Of a stretch of DNA of 43,044 nucleotides, positions 1 through 8,770 are shown piece after piece (the stretch's first letter is position 1; each line of letters begins with the position of its first letter). The position numbers and the translations under genes are program-made. Origin of the DNA: Polyangia bacterium (GTDB taxonomy: Bacteria; Myxococcota_A; Polyangia; Fen-1088); contig DATAZS010000509.1 in NCBI GenBank assembly GCA_036271915.1, positions 1 to 43,044 on the forward strand, read 5' to 3'. The notes under the pieces were generated by a model, which searched no databases, was not told the DNA's origin, and saw nothing but the letters and a program-made list of their open reading frames with translations.

Positions 1-1382
1 GCCGAGAGGCGCAGACCGTTCGTGCTGCCGACGTAGGTTCGGCTCAACGCCGGATAGTTGGGCGAGCCGATCGTGAGGCCGGCCGACGCGTCGATCGTGC
101 CGGCGATGAAGATGTCGAGCTCGGCGTCGGGATCGAGCGCGAACGTCAAGGCGTCGCTGCCGCTGACGTCACCGTCGATGTAGAGCGCCGTTCGTCCGTG
201 CGCGACCACCGTGAGGGGATCACTCTGCGAGATGCTCGTCAGATAATAGTTACCGCACGGCAGATCGAGCCGCCGCGGGCTCCCGCGCGTCGCGAAGATC
301 GCGGGATCGAGGTTGATGAGCGCGTCGTCGTTGTTGGGCGCGCGGTGCGCGGCCACGATGGCGGCGATCGGGATGAGCTGCTGCGGTTGACAGTCGCAGG
401 GCGGCGCGACGGTCACCGGTTCGCGCGCCAGCGTCCCGTAGGTCACGTTGGCTCCGAGCATCGACGTCGCCGGCAGGTGAAGCGCTCCGCCGATCTGAAT
501 CGAAGAGCTCGTCGAGACGTCGCCCGCGACGTAGGCGTCGTCACCGACCGCGAAGGTGTCGCTCGTGTGGAACGGGCCGCCCACGCGGAGCTCCTGCTTG
601 ATCGTGTTGGGCGCCTTCGTGTCGACGCCCGTGTCTGCGGCGCACCAGAGGGTTCCCCAGATCTCCGCGGCGGCCGACGTGTCGTAGCCGCCGTTCACGC
701 CGACGCCGCCGCCCAACCCACCGGGGTGATAGAGGCCGAGACGGCTGTCGTACGCGTCGACGAGGAGCTTGTCGCTGACGTGAACGTCCTTGCACGAGCA
801 CAACCCCCACCGAAAGGTCGTCTGCGCGAGGTCGCCGAGGCAGCCTCCCAGGTTCGCCGCGCCCACGATCGGAGGGCCGCCGCCCGCGCAGTTGGTGGAG
901 CCGGCGCCGACGGGGACGGCGGCCTCGCAGCTGCCTTTCACGCAGCCTTCTCCCTTGGCGCAGACCTTCCCGCACGAACCGCAGTTCTGGCTGTCCGACA
1001 TGCGATCGACGCAGCTCTGCGCGCAGCTGTCGAGACCGGGTAGACATCCCGACGCGCAGGATCCGCCGGCGCAGGACAGCGTGCTCGCGCACTTGATGCC
1101 GCAGCCGCCGCAGTTGTTCGGATCGGTGCTCGTCGGGATGCACGCGCCGTTGCAGAGGCTTTGATACGAAGGGCACGCGCCGCCGTCCGACGGTGCGCCG
1201 CTGGTTCCGGCCGTGCCGCCCGTCGAAGGGGAGCCGTCGACGAAGCTCGCGCCGTCGGGCCCGGGAGACAGCGGGGCGACGCTGCTCTTCCCACACCCGC
1301 CCTCGACGAGCGCCGCCGCGACGATGACGGCGAACAAAATCAGTCCGGGGCGCAGAGCGAAGGTCTTCATGATCGTGCTCAT
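1..1382 (-). CDS. Secreted Cys-rich lipoprotein, 3' end cut by the window edge (absent from the ORF track because there is no in-window stop)
   Basis: The reverse frame is open from ATG 1382 (alternative ATG 1370) to position 1. The N-terminus MSTIMKTFALRPGLILFAVIVAAALVEGGCGK looks like a signal peptide with a lipobox-like Cys. It has repeated C-x2-C-G-x3-C motifs (NNCGGCGIKC, QNCGSCGKVC), then a Gly/Asp/Thr-rich tail. Codon third positions are strongly G/C. Confidence 0.8.
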   Translation of the reverse strand, partial: MSTIMKTFALRPGLILFAVIVAAALVEGGCGKSSVAPLSPGPDGASFVDGSPSTGGTAGTSGAPSDGGACPSYQSLCNGACIPTSTDPNNCGGCGIKCASTLSCAGGSCASGCLPGLDSCAQSCVDRMSDSQNCGSCGKVCAKGEGCVKGSCEAAVPVGAGSTNCAGGGPPIVGAANLGGCLGDLAQTTFRWGLCSCKDVHVSDKLLVDAYDSRLGLYHPGGLGGGVGVNGGYDTSAAAEIWGTLWCAADTGVDTKAPNTIKQELRVGGPFHTSDTFAVGDDAYVAGDVSTSSSIQIGGALHLPATSMLGANVTYGTLAREPVTVAPPCDCQPQQLIPIAAIVAAHRAPNNDDALINLDPAIFATRGSPRRLDLPCGNYYLTSISQSDPLTVVAHGRTALYIDGDVSGSDALTFALDPDAELDIFIAGTIDASAGLTIGSPNYPALSRTYVGSTNGLRLS

Positions 1383-1417
1383 CTCGCCGGTTAGGTACCG
1401 CGAGCGCGGGGATCGGC

Positions 1418-2470
1418 TCACCGGAACCGCCACCAGCCCCCGAGGGCCAACGAGAACAAAGGTCCCGACAGGCTGGCAACCTGCGCGCCGCCGTCGAAGA
1501 TCTCGACGGGATGAACGGGAACGCCGAAGGCCCCCGTGAGCGAGAGCCCGAAGGCGGGCGCGACGCGGACAGCGCCACGGAGGCCCGCGCTCAAATACAG
1601 CGCGGTCACCGAGGTGTCGGCGCCGCGTGCGCCGGGCCGCGGCTCGCCGGAGAGGCTCACGTGCATGAGTCGCCCGTCCCCGAGGACCTCGAGGTGCCAC
1701 CGGCGCCCGTGCGGAGGCAGCGAGAGCGCCGCGCCTGCGCTCGCATCGATCGATGTCCCGTGGACGGCGCCGTCGACCGCGTGCGTGGGCGCTTGAGCGC
1801 GAAGGCCGAACTTCGCTTCGAAGGCCAACGACGGCGCGACGGCGACGCGTCCCTCGACGTCGACGCCGGCCTGATCGACGCCGCCGCCGAAGTGATCTGC
1901 CGCCAGCGCGGCGCCGAGCTGCCACCGGTCGTCGCTCGCTCGCGTCGTCGCCGGGGTCGCGATGGCTTTCGTGATCGCGGCGGGAACGGGACGGGAGGGC
2001 GAGGGCGCGTCCGGGAGCGTGAGCTCGAGCCAGCTCGCCCGCAGGAGCTCGTCGACGGCGAGCGCCACGGTGAGCGGCCTCGCGTCGGGCGGCACGGCCC
2101 GCAGGTCCACCTCGCGCGCGACGCGTTTCGCCGTGATCGCGTCGCGAATCACGATCGACATGATCGAGTCCTTCGATCCGGCGAGCTCCACCTCGCTCGC
2201 GTCGTCTGCCGCCTCCGCGCCCGCGACGCACAGCTCGAGGTGGCGGGATCTCAACCCTGCCTCGAGCTGCGTCGCCAACTGTGCGCGGAAGACCACGTCG
2301 ACGGGCACGTCGACCTCGACCAAGCGGACGACGGGCGTTCCGGAAGATCCGCAGGTCAGCGTTGGGTGGGGCGCCTCCGCGCGCGCCGGCTTCGCGAGCA
2401 ACAGCAACAGCAGCAGCGCCGCGCGGGCGCGACTGCTCGCGCGCACGAGGGAGGGAGCTACTCGGTACAA
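1418..2470 (-). CDS. Secreted hypothetical protein, possibly an outer-membrane beta-barrel-like protein
   Basis: Track ORF of 350 aa. Signal peptide RARAALLLLLLLAKPARAEA. The C-terminal half has alternating Gly/Ala/hydrophobic beta-strand-like composition and ends in GGWWRFR. It lies 35 nt upstream of the Cys-rich lipoprotein gene. Confidence 0.7.
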   Translation of the reverse strand: MYRVAPSLVRASSRARAALLLLLLLAKPARAEAPHPTLTCGSSGTPVVRLVEVDVPVDVVFRAQLATQLEAGLRSRHLELCVAGAEAADDASEVELAGSKDSIMSIVIRDAITAKRVAREVDLRAVPPDARPLTVALAVDELLRASWLELTLPDAPSPSRPVPAAITKAIATPATTRASDDRWQLGAALAADHFGGGVDQAGVDVEGRVAVAPSLAFEAKFGLRAQAPTHAVDGAVHGTSIDASAGAALSLPPHGRRWHLEVLGDGRLMHVSLSGEPRPGARGADTSVTALYLSAGLRGAVRVAPAFGLSLTGAFGVPVHPVEIFDGGAQVASLSGPLFSLALGGWWRFR

Positions 2471-3522
2471 CGCGCGACGATCTTCTCTCGGTGAACGCCC
2501 TGTGGATAGCGCGACAGGTAGGTCGCGCGGGCTTCGAGACAGCGTTCCCGATCCCCGGCGGCTTCGTAGGCTTCGACCAGTCGGGCCTGCGCGTCCTGCC
2601 GGAATGGCGCGTCGGTGATGGAGAGGGCATCTCTAAACGCCGCCGCGGCGCCGCGAGGATCGCCGAGCTGATCCAGGCGGAGCCGGCCGAGCTCGAACGC
2701 CGCCAAGCCGGCGCGTGGATCCGACGGATGACGAACGCGCAGGAGGTTGAACAGGCGAGCCGCCGCCGCTGGGTCGTTCGCTGCGCGGAACGCCTCCGCG
2801 CGGATGAGCAGGTCCTTGGTGCTCTCTTCGCCACCGACATTCCTGATTGCTGGGCGCATCTGCGCCGAGGACGCTGGGGCGCTTCCCGGGAGCGGCGTCG
2901 CGACGGGCGGCGTTCCGTCGATCGTCGTGGACCATGTCTCGCCCGCGTCGAGCACGAGTTGATCGCCGGCGTCCGATCGGCCGTCGTCGGCGCGACTCAC
3001 GCGCACGCGTCCGCGCGCCACCTCGACCTCGAGGACGGTCGCGCCGCCATTTTCGAGGAGACGCTCCCGAAAGCGAGCCGCCGAGACCTTGCTCTCGTAG
3101 CCGCGCGACACGACGACGAATGGCTTGCCGTCCGCGGGAAAAACCTCGAGATCAAGGCCACCTCGTTCGAGCGTCATGGCAATACGCTCGGCGCGTGCGG
3201 AGCTCAACGTCACCTTGCTGCCCGGGTCCAGGACGGCGCGCGAGCCGTCGGCCAGCGTGATGGTCTCGCCGCCCGCGGGCGCCTCGATCGTGGTGCCCAA
3301 GGTCGCGGCGGGGACTCGAGCCGCAACCCGATCTCCACCTCGCCGGACCGCGAAGAGGCCCAGCCCACACACGGAGACGGCCGCCGCGGTCAGGAGGACG
3401 AGCCGCCGCTGACGGCGTCGCGGGCCAGCGCGCTCGACGATCGCCGCCACCTGGCGCTCGAGTCTCGCTTCGTCGAGCGCTGGCGAAACGTGACGCCCCA
3501 ATGATTTCGAGGTCTGGGTCAT
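2458..3522 (-). CDS. FecR-like anti-sigma factor with a C-terminal TPR-like region
   Basis: Internal ATG at 3522 (MTQTSKSLGRHVSPALDEARLERQ) of track ORF 2458..4335, forming an ATGA overlap with the stop of the sigma gene. It has one TM segment (LVLLTAAAVSVCGLGLFAV), a FecR-type beta-rich periplasmic part and a helical TPR-like tail. The upstream 271 codons of the track ORF are Arg/Pro junk that overlaps the sigma gene. Confidence 0.8.
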   Translation of the reverse strand: MTQTSKSLGRHVSPALDEARLERQVAAIVERAGPRRRQRRLVLLTAAAVSVCGLGLFAVRRGGDRVAARVPAATLGTTIEAPAGGETITLADGSRAVLDPGSKVTLSSARAERIAMTLERGGLDLEVFPADGKPFVVVSRGYESKVSAARFRERLLENGGATVLEVEVARGRVRVSRADDGRSDAGDQLVLDAGETWSTTIDGTPPVATPLPGSAPASSAQMRPAIRNVGGEESTKDLLIRAEAFRAANDPAAAARLFNLLRVRHPSDPRAGLAAFELGRLRLDQLGDPRGAAAAFRDALSITDAPFRQDAQARLVEAYEAAGDRERCLEARATYLSRYPQGVHREKIVARCTE

Positions 3523-4106
3523 CGTCCCTCGCCGCGCAGAAAGCTGTCGCGCAAGGCCACCTCGGCGGTCGTGATCCGCCGTTTCACGGTCGCGAGGGAC
3601 GCCCCCGTGAGCTTGGCGATCTCGACGAGGCCGAGCCCCTCGACACGCTGAAGGAGGAGAGGGATGCGCAGCGCCGCCGGGAGCCGCTCTGCCAACGCAT
3701 AGAGCCGGCGCAGCTCGAGCGCCTCGTCTTGGGGGACCGACGGTGCAATCAAGGCGTCGAGGTCGATCGCGAGCAGCGCGCGCCCGAGGCCCAGACGGGC
3801 CAGCATGCGTCGTCGGCGGATGGCCTTGCCGACGGTGCGAACGAGAATGCCGCAGATCCAAGCCTCGAACGCCTGCGGATCTTGAAGTCTGTCGAGCGCG
3901 CCGAAGGCGGCCGCGAAGCTGTCCTGGACCACGTCGTCGACATCGCCGTCGCGTCCGAGCAGCCGCAACGCGAGGCCGTTCACGGCCCGCACGTGTCGGC
4001 GCACGAGGATCTCGGCAGAGAACGCGTCGCCGCGACGGGCAGCCTCCACGAGCTGCGCGTCGGAAGACGGGGCGTCGGCACGAAGCCGCGGGACGGCTCG
4101 AAGCAT
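3519..4106 (-). CDS. ECF (sigma-70 family group 4) RNA polymerase sigma factor
   Basis: Region 2 (DVVQDSFAAAFGAL, FEAWICGILVR) and region 4 HTH (GLGLVEIAKLTGASLATVKRRITTA) are present. I place the start at ATG 4106 (MLRAVPRL). The track start at 4148 is a TTG and adds 14 residues. Confidence 0.9.
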   Translation of the reverse strand: MLRAVPRLRADAPSSDAQLVEAARRGDAFSAEILVRRHVRAVNGLALRLLGRDGDVDDVVQDSFAAAFGALDRLQDPQAFEAWICGILVRTVGKAIRRRRMLARLGLGRALLAIDLDALIAPSVPQDEALELRRLYALAERLPAALRIPLLLQRVEGLGLVEIAKLTGASLATVKRRITTAEVALRDSFLRGEGR

Positions 4107-4169
4107 CACCACGCGTGAAAGGTACCCCCAGCGGACAGAACAGCTCAATGCCGCGTGGATCAGGTCGCG

Positions 4170-4442
4170 CTAGGCGGCGATCGCTGCCGGGACCTGGATG
4201 AGTCGTTGAGCATCGGTCGCCTCGAGCTCGGTTCGCGCGTACGTGCTCGACCAGCGACGAAGGTCCGCCGCGGCGCAGCTCGCGCGTATCCCGCGATCGA
4301 GGACCTTCGAGCGCAACACAAAGTCCCGCGTCCACGCCGACCGGATCGCCTCTTGAAAGACCTTCGCTTGCTCGAGCGCCTCGGTCTCGTTGTCGAGCCC
4401 CTCGTCCTCCAGCCCCGTCACGATAAGCTTGTTTGCGTCCAT
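4170..4442 (-). CDS. Small acidic hypothetical protein (90 aa) between cheB and the ECF sigma gene
   Basis: ATG 4442 (MDANKLIVTGLEDEGLDNETEALEQAKVF...) is in frame with the 3' end of track ORF 4170..5051. Composition and G/C third positions are reasonable. I recognise no domain. Confidence 0.45.
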   Translation of the reverse strand: MDANKLIVTGLEDEGLDNETEALEQAKVFQEAIRSAWTRDFVLRSKVLDRGIRASCAAADLRRWSSTYARTELEATDAQRLIQVPAAIAA

Positions 4443-4570
4443 ACAGCTTTGAAGTGCATGCGCCGTGCCCGCAAAGAGGCCGCTGGAATGGGCGCCGCGA
4501 GCGTGGGCCACGGCACTGCTTCGAAACACCTCACCGTGTGGTGACGGGGCCGCCGCGACGAAGACCGAGG

Positions 4571-5599
4571 CTAGACGCTCTTCAAGATCAGGTCGGCCAT
4601 GTCTTCGATCGACGCGGTGCCGTCGGAGAAACCGGCCTCGACGACCGCCCGCGGCATCCCGTAGACGACACAGGATCCTTCGGACTCGGTCAGCGTGCGG
4701 CCGCGAGCGCCGTGAATGGCGCGCGCGCCCGCGACGCCGTCGTTGCCCATGCCCGTGAGGACGACGCCCAGAACCGCAGATCCGAGCGCGGCGGCGGCGC
4801 TCTCGAACAGCACGTCGACCGAGGGCAAGAACGGGGACGCCGTGGGCGTCGCATCGAGGTGCGTCGTGATGGTGCCCCCGTCGGAGCGGAGGCGAAGGTT
4901 CACGCCGCCGCGCGCGATCGCGACGCTGCCGGGCGCGAGCGTGGCGCCCTCGGACGCCTCGAACACGTGCAGCGCGCAGGCCTCGTCGAGCCGCCGCGCG
5001 AGCGCGTCCGTGTAGCCCGCCGGGATGTGGAGCGCGACGGCGACGGCGCACGGCAGGTCGCCGGGCAGGGCGGTGAGGAGCCGGGTGAGGGCCTGCGGTC
5101 CGCCGGTCGAGGTGCCGATGACGATCAGGCGCACGTCTCCCGTCGCGACAGAGAGCGGGCGGGGCGCGGGCGCCGGCGCGACGAGCCGACGATGCGAGCC
5201 GCCCGCGGCGATGACCTTCGCGACGAGCTCGCTCGACAGCTCGTACAACCGATCGGTCGCGAGCGCCGTTGGTTTCTGAACGAGGTCGACGGCGCCGATC
5301 TGCAAGGCCTCGACACCGAGGGCGCTGTTGCTGTCGGAGATGCTGACGATCACGACGCGTGGTCCCCCGTCGGGCGGCAGCGCGCGCAACACGCCGAGAC
5401 CGTCGAGGTTGGGCATCACGAGATCGAGCGTGACGACGTCCGGCTTCAGCTCGGCGATCTTCTCGAGCGCCTCGAGGCCGTCGCGTGCGACGCCCACGAC
5501 CTCGAGCGCTCTGCTCACGGAGAGCGTCTCGCGGAGGACCTTGCGCGCGAAGGCCGAGTCGTCGACGACGAGGACACGAAGGGGGCGGGCGGGGTTCAT
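4571..5599 (-). CDS. cheB: Chemotaxis response regulator protein-glutamate methylesterase CheB (REC + methylesterase)
   Basis: N-terminal receiver (VLVVDDS, VVTLDLVMP). The catalytic motifs are present: GTSTGGP (Ser), ALHIPAGY (His) and TGMGNDG (Asp). There is a 4-nt overlap with the cheR stop. Confidence 0.95.
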   Translation of the reverse strand: MNPARPLRVLVVDDSAFARKVLRETLSVSRALEVVGVARDGLEALEKIAELKPDVVTLDLVMPNLDGLGVLRALPPDGGPRVVIVSISDSNSALGVEALQIGAVDLVQKPTALATDRLYELSSELVAKVIAAGGSHRRLVAPAPAPRPLSVATGDVRLIVIGTSTGGPQALTRLLTALPGDLPCAVAVALHIPAGYTDALARRLDEACALHVFEASEGATLAPGSVAIARGGVNLRLRSDGGTITTHLDATPTASPFLPSVDVLFESAAAALGSAVLGVVLTGMGNDGVAGARAIHGARGRTLTESEGSCVVYGMPRAVVEAGFSDGTASIEDMADLILKSV

Positions 5600-6414
5600 G
5601 AAACCTTTTTGTAGAGGAAGACGCCGCTCTGCTCTTCGCAGCGCAGCGACGTGCCGAAGCGGAGGAGCGACTCCGAGATCCCGACGAAGAGGGCGCCGTC
5701 GGGAGCGAGGCGCGCGCCCAACCGCTCGATGACCTGCCGCGCGGTCTCGTCGCTAAAATAAATGAGGACGTTGCGGCAGAAGATCACGTCGAACGTCCCC
5801 AGGTCAGCGACGGCGGCGTCATCCATGAGGTTGATCCTCCGCCAATCGATGCGCTGCGTGAGGCCCGGGTCGATCGTGACCTCTCGCTCCTCGACGCGCA
5901 GGCGCGAGGCCGCGAACGCGGGAACATCGGCGCGAACGGCGCGGCGGCTGAAGCGGCTCGAGCGCGCGCGCGAAAGAGCCGCGGCGTTGATGTCGCTCGC
6001 GACGATGTCGACGGCGGACAGCAAGCCGCGCGCCGCCAGCAACAACGCGAGCGTGTGTGGCTCCTCACCCGTGGCGCACGCCGCGCACCAGACGCGCGGG
6101 CGCCTTCCGGCCTCGACGAGGGGCCCGATGAGGTCGTCGACCGCCGCTTCGAGCGGCGCCAGCTCGCGAAACAAGTAGGTCTCTCCGACGACCAGCGCCT
6201 CGATGAGGCTGTCGAGCTCGCGCTGACTCTGCGGGTCGTAGCGAAGAAAGTAGTAGTAGTCGAGCAGCGACTCGAACCCTGCTTCGACGGCGCGCGCGCC
6301 GACCTTCTCGGCGAAGATGGGCGCGTGCGGAACGTCGAAGTGCAGGCCGATCCGCTCTGCGACGAGCGCGCTCAGGATCGAGAACACCTGCGGGGACATC
6401 GGCAGAGGCGGCAT
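5596..6414 (-). CDS. cheR: Chemotaxis protein methyltransferase CheR
   Basis: CheR_N helix bundle plus a SAM-binding domain: ETYLFRE, VWCAACATGEEPHTLALLL, DVIFCRNVLIYF. Confidence 0.95.
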   Translation of the reverse strand: MPPLPMSPQVFSILSALVAERIGLHFDVPHAPIFAEKVGARAVEAGFESLLDYYYFLRYDPQSQRELDSLIEALVVGETYLFRELAPLEAAVDDLIGPLVEAGRRPRVWCAACATGEEPHTLALLLAARGLLSAVDIVASDINAAALSRARSSRFSRRAVRADVPAFAASRLRVEEREVTIDPGLTQRIDWRRINLMDDAAVADLGTFDVIFCRNVLIYFSDETARQVIERLGARLAPDGALFVGISESLLRFGTSLRCEEQSGVFLYKKVS

Positions 6415-6421
6415 GTCCGCC

Positions 6422-8770
6422 TCAGCGCGACAGGAGCAGGGAGCAGATCTGACGGACCTCTGGCTGGGGATCGGCGCTGGCGGCGGTTCGGAGCGCCGCG
6501 AGCGCCTCTTTGCTGCCGAGGACGGCGAGGGCGCTCGCGGCGGCTTTTCGAGCCGCGACGTTGCGCATCGACATCGCCTGCACGAGCGCCGCAGAGGCGT
6601 CGGGGCGTCGCATGCGCGCGAGCGCCGACGTGAGCGCGGGGGCCGTCTCGTCGTCCGCTTCCTCGAGCCCGACGACGAGGCCCGCGATTCGACCTTCGAC
6701 GTGCAGGGACAGCGCCGCCAGCACCTGCTCGGTCACGGTCCCCGTCGCCAGCAAGCTGATGAGCGTTCGCGTCGCGGGGCCGCCCGTCATCGCCGCGAGG
6801 AAGCCGATCGACGCCGTGCGCACGCTCTCGTCGGGATCGGCCGCCGCCACGCGGAACGCGCTCAGCACCGACAGCGATCGGAAGCCGGCGAGCGCCGAGA
6901 TCGCGACCAGGCGAGTCGCCGCGTCGGGTGAGCGCGCCGCGTTCAGAATGAGCGGCAGCGCGTCGGAGCGCTGCGCGACGCCGAGCCCGACGAGCGCCGC
7001 GCGCTGGATGTCGCTGTCGGCGTCCACGGCCGCGGCGTTGAGGGCCTGCGCCGCGGCGTCGCCGCGCAGGCAGGACAGCGCCTCGACGGCGGCGACGCGC
7101 ACCTGGCCCGCGGGATCGGCGAGCAGCCTGATGATCGCCTCAGCCGCCGGCTCGGAGGCCAGCTTGCCCAGCGCCTGGCACGCGTAGTAGCGCACCCACG
7201 CGTCGGGATCGCCGAGGCCCTTCAGCAAGTACGCGCTCGCGCGCAGATCGCCGACGCATTGGCCGAGGCTGCGCATCGCCGCCGCGCGCGTCTTGTCGGA
7301 GGCGTCCTTCGCGGCCGCCAACAGCGCGTCGAACGCGCGCGGATCGTCCATGAAGGGCAGCCCCTGGACGGCCGACTCGCGCACGCGCTCGTCGGGATCG
7401 CGCAGCGCCTCGATGAAGACGTCGAGCGCGAGCGACGAACCGAAATAGCTGAGAATCCGCAGGGCCGCGCGCCGGATGCGCACGTCGGACGATCGCGCGG
7501 CCTCGACGGCGAGTCGGTCGGCCTCGTGGCTGCCGAGGGATTGAATCGCCGCGACCGCGGCGTACGAGACGCGCGGGTCGGCGTCGGCGAGCACGCGGAA
7601 GAGCGCGCCCACCGCGGGGACGGCGCCCATGCGCGCGAGCGCCTCGCAGGCGAGGACGCGCACGTCGGCATCGGGGTCGTTCAGACAATCGACGACGTCG
7701 AGGGTCGCGCTCGCGCTCGAGATGAACGGCAGCAGGGCGCGCTTGTGCGTGCTGTCGCCGTCGCGAATTCCCTGCAGGATCTGCTCCTCGACCTGCGGGC
7801 CGAGCCCGCGCAAAGCCGCCGAGGCGGCGTCTGCGACGGGTGGCGCCGCGTCGAGGAGCGCCGTCAACGCCGGCGCCGCCGACGGATCGTGCGCGACGCC
7901 CAACAAGACGCAGATGGCCACCTGCTCGCCGGGCTCGCCCTGAGTCAGTGCGAGGATCAGCGGTCGAACGATCCCCGCGTCGCGGGCCCCGGCCGCGATC
8001 TCGGCGGCGACGACGTCGCCGTTGCCAGCGCGCTCTTGATAGCGCTGGCGGAGATCGGCGAGCGAGACGGCACACAGGCGCACGATGGCGCTCGCTGATT
8101 TCGAGATGAGCCGTACGAGGGGCGCGACGGCCGCCACGTCGCCCGTTCTGCCCAACGCGCGCGCGGCTTCCGCGGCGTACTGCGGCTGGTCGAGCAGCGC
8201 CGTCAAGGGCGCTACGGCGCGCGGATCGCCGCTGCGCCCCAGCACCTCGATCGCGGGGAAGGCTCGGAAGAAGTTCGCGCTCTTGACGGCGTCCACCAAG
8301 GAATCGACGGCGGCGCGGCCGCCGATGCGCCCAAGCGCCTCGATGGCCGCGGCGGCGACGTTGTCATCGGCGTGCCGGCTGAGCGCGATCACGGTCGACA
8401 GCGCCGAGGTCGTGCGCCGCCGCCCGAGGATCTGGGCGATGTCGGCCAGCACGGGGATCTCGACGTCGGCGGCGGCCATCGCGGCCAGCGCCGGGTCGGC
8501 GTCGCCCGTGAAGGCGGCCAGGGCATCCACCGTGGCGGCGATGCGTCCTTCGTTGTCTCGTCGGTCCTGCAGCGCCTCGCAGAGGAGACCCACGGCGCCC
8601 GGCCCGCTGGCCGCGAGCGCCGCGACGACGGCGCGCCGCACGGCCCAGTTCGGGTCGTCCAACATGCCGATGAGCCGATCGACGCCGCCGCCCTTGGCGA
8701 GGCGCTCGATCTCTTCGACCCGCCGCAGATCCTCGGGGGAGAAGGCTATGCGGCCCGCGACGAGGCTCAT
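6422..8770 (-). CDS. HEAT-repeat (PBS-lyase-type) protein, 782 aa, embedded in the che operon (Cpc7-like)
   Basis: About 16 units of the pattern D(P/A)Dxx(V/I)RxxAxxALGxxG by eye, for example [87 protein letters not shown] overlap with the mcp stop at 8767-8770. Confidence 0.9.
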   Translation of the reverse strand: MSLVAGRIAFSPEDLRRVEEIERLAKGGGVDRLIGMLDDPNWAVRRAVVAALAASGPGAVGLLCEALQDRRDNEGRIAATVDALAAFTGDADPALAAMAAADVEIPVLADIAQILGRRRTTSALSTVIALSRHADDNVAAAAIEALGRIGGRAAVDSLVDAVKSANFFRAFPAIEVLGRSGDPRAVAPLTALLDQPQYAAEAARALGRTGDVAAVAPLVRLISKSASAIVRLCAVSLADLRQRYQERAGNGDVVAAEIAAGARDAGIVRPLILALTQGEPGEQVAICVLLGVAHDPSAAPALTALLDAAPPVADAASAALRGLGPQVEEQILQGIRDGDSTHKRALLPFISSASATLDVVDCLNDPDADVRVLACEALARMGAVPAVGALFRVLADADPRVSYAAVAAIQSLGSHEADRLAVEAARSSDVRIRRAALRILSYFGSSLALDVFIEALRDPDERVRESAVQGLPFMDDPRAFDALLAAAKDASDKTRAAAMRSLGQCVGDLRASAYLLKGLGDPDAWVRYYACQALGKLASEPAAEAIIRLLADPAGQVRVAAVEALSCLRGDAAAQALNAAAVDADSDIQRAALVGLGVAQRSDALPLILNAARSPDAATRLVAISALAGFRSLSVLSAFRVAAADPDESVRTASIGFLAAMTGGPATRTLISLLATGTVTEQVLAALSLHVEGRIAGLVVGLEEADDETAPALTSALARMRRPDASAALVQAMSMRNVAARKAAASALAVLGSKEALAALRTAASADPQPEVRQICSLLLSR

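Noticed and set aside
3523-4335. The N-terminal 271 codons of track ORF 2458..4335 (625 aa).
   Set aside because: The sequence is Arg/Pro/Gly-rich and low-complexity, and it overlaps the well-supported ECF sigma gene in another frame. The recognisable FecR-like protein begins at ATG 3522, which forms an ATGA junction with the sigma stop.
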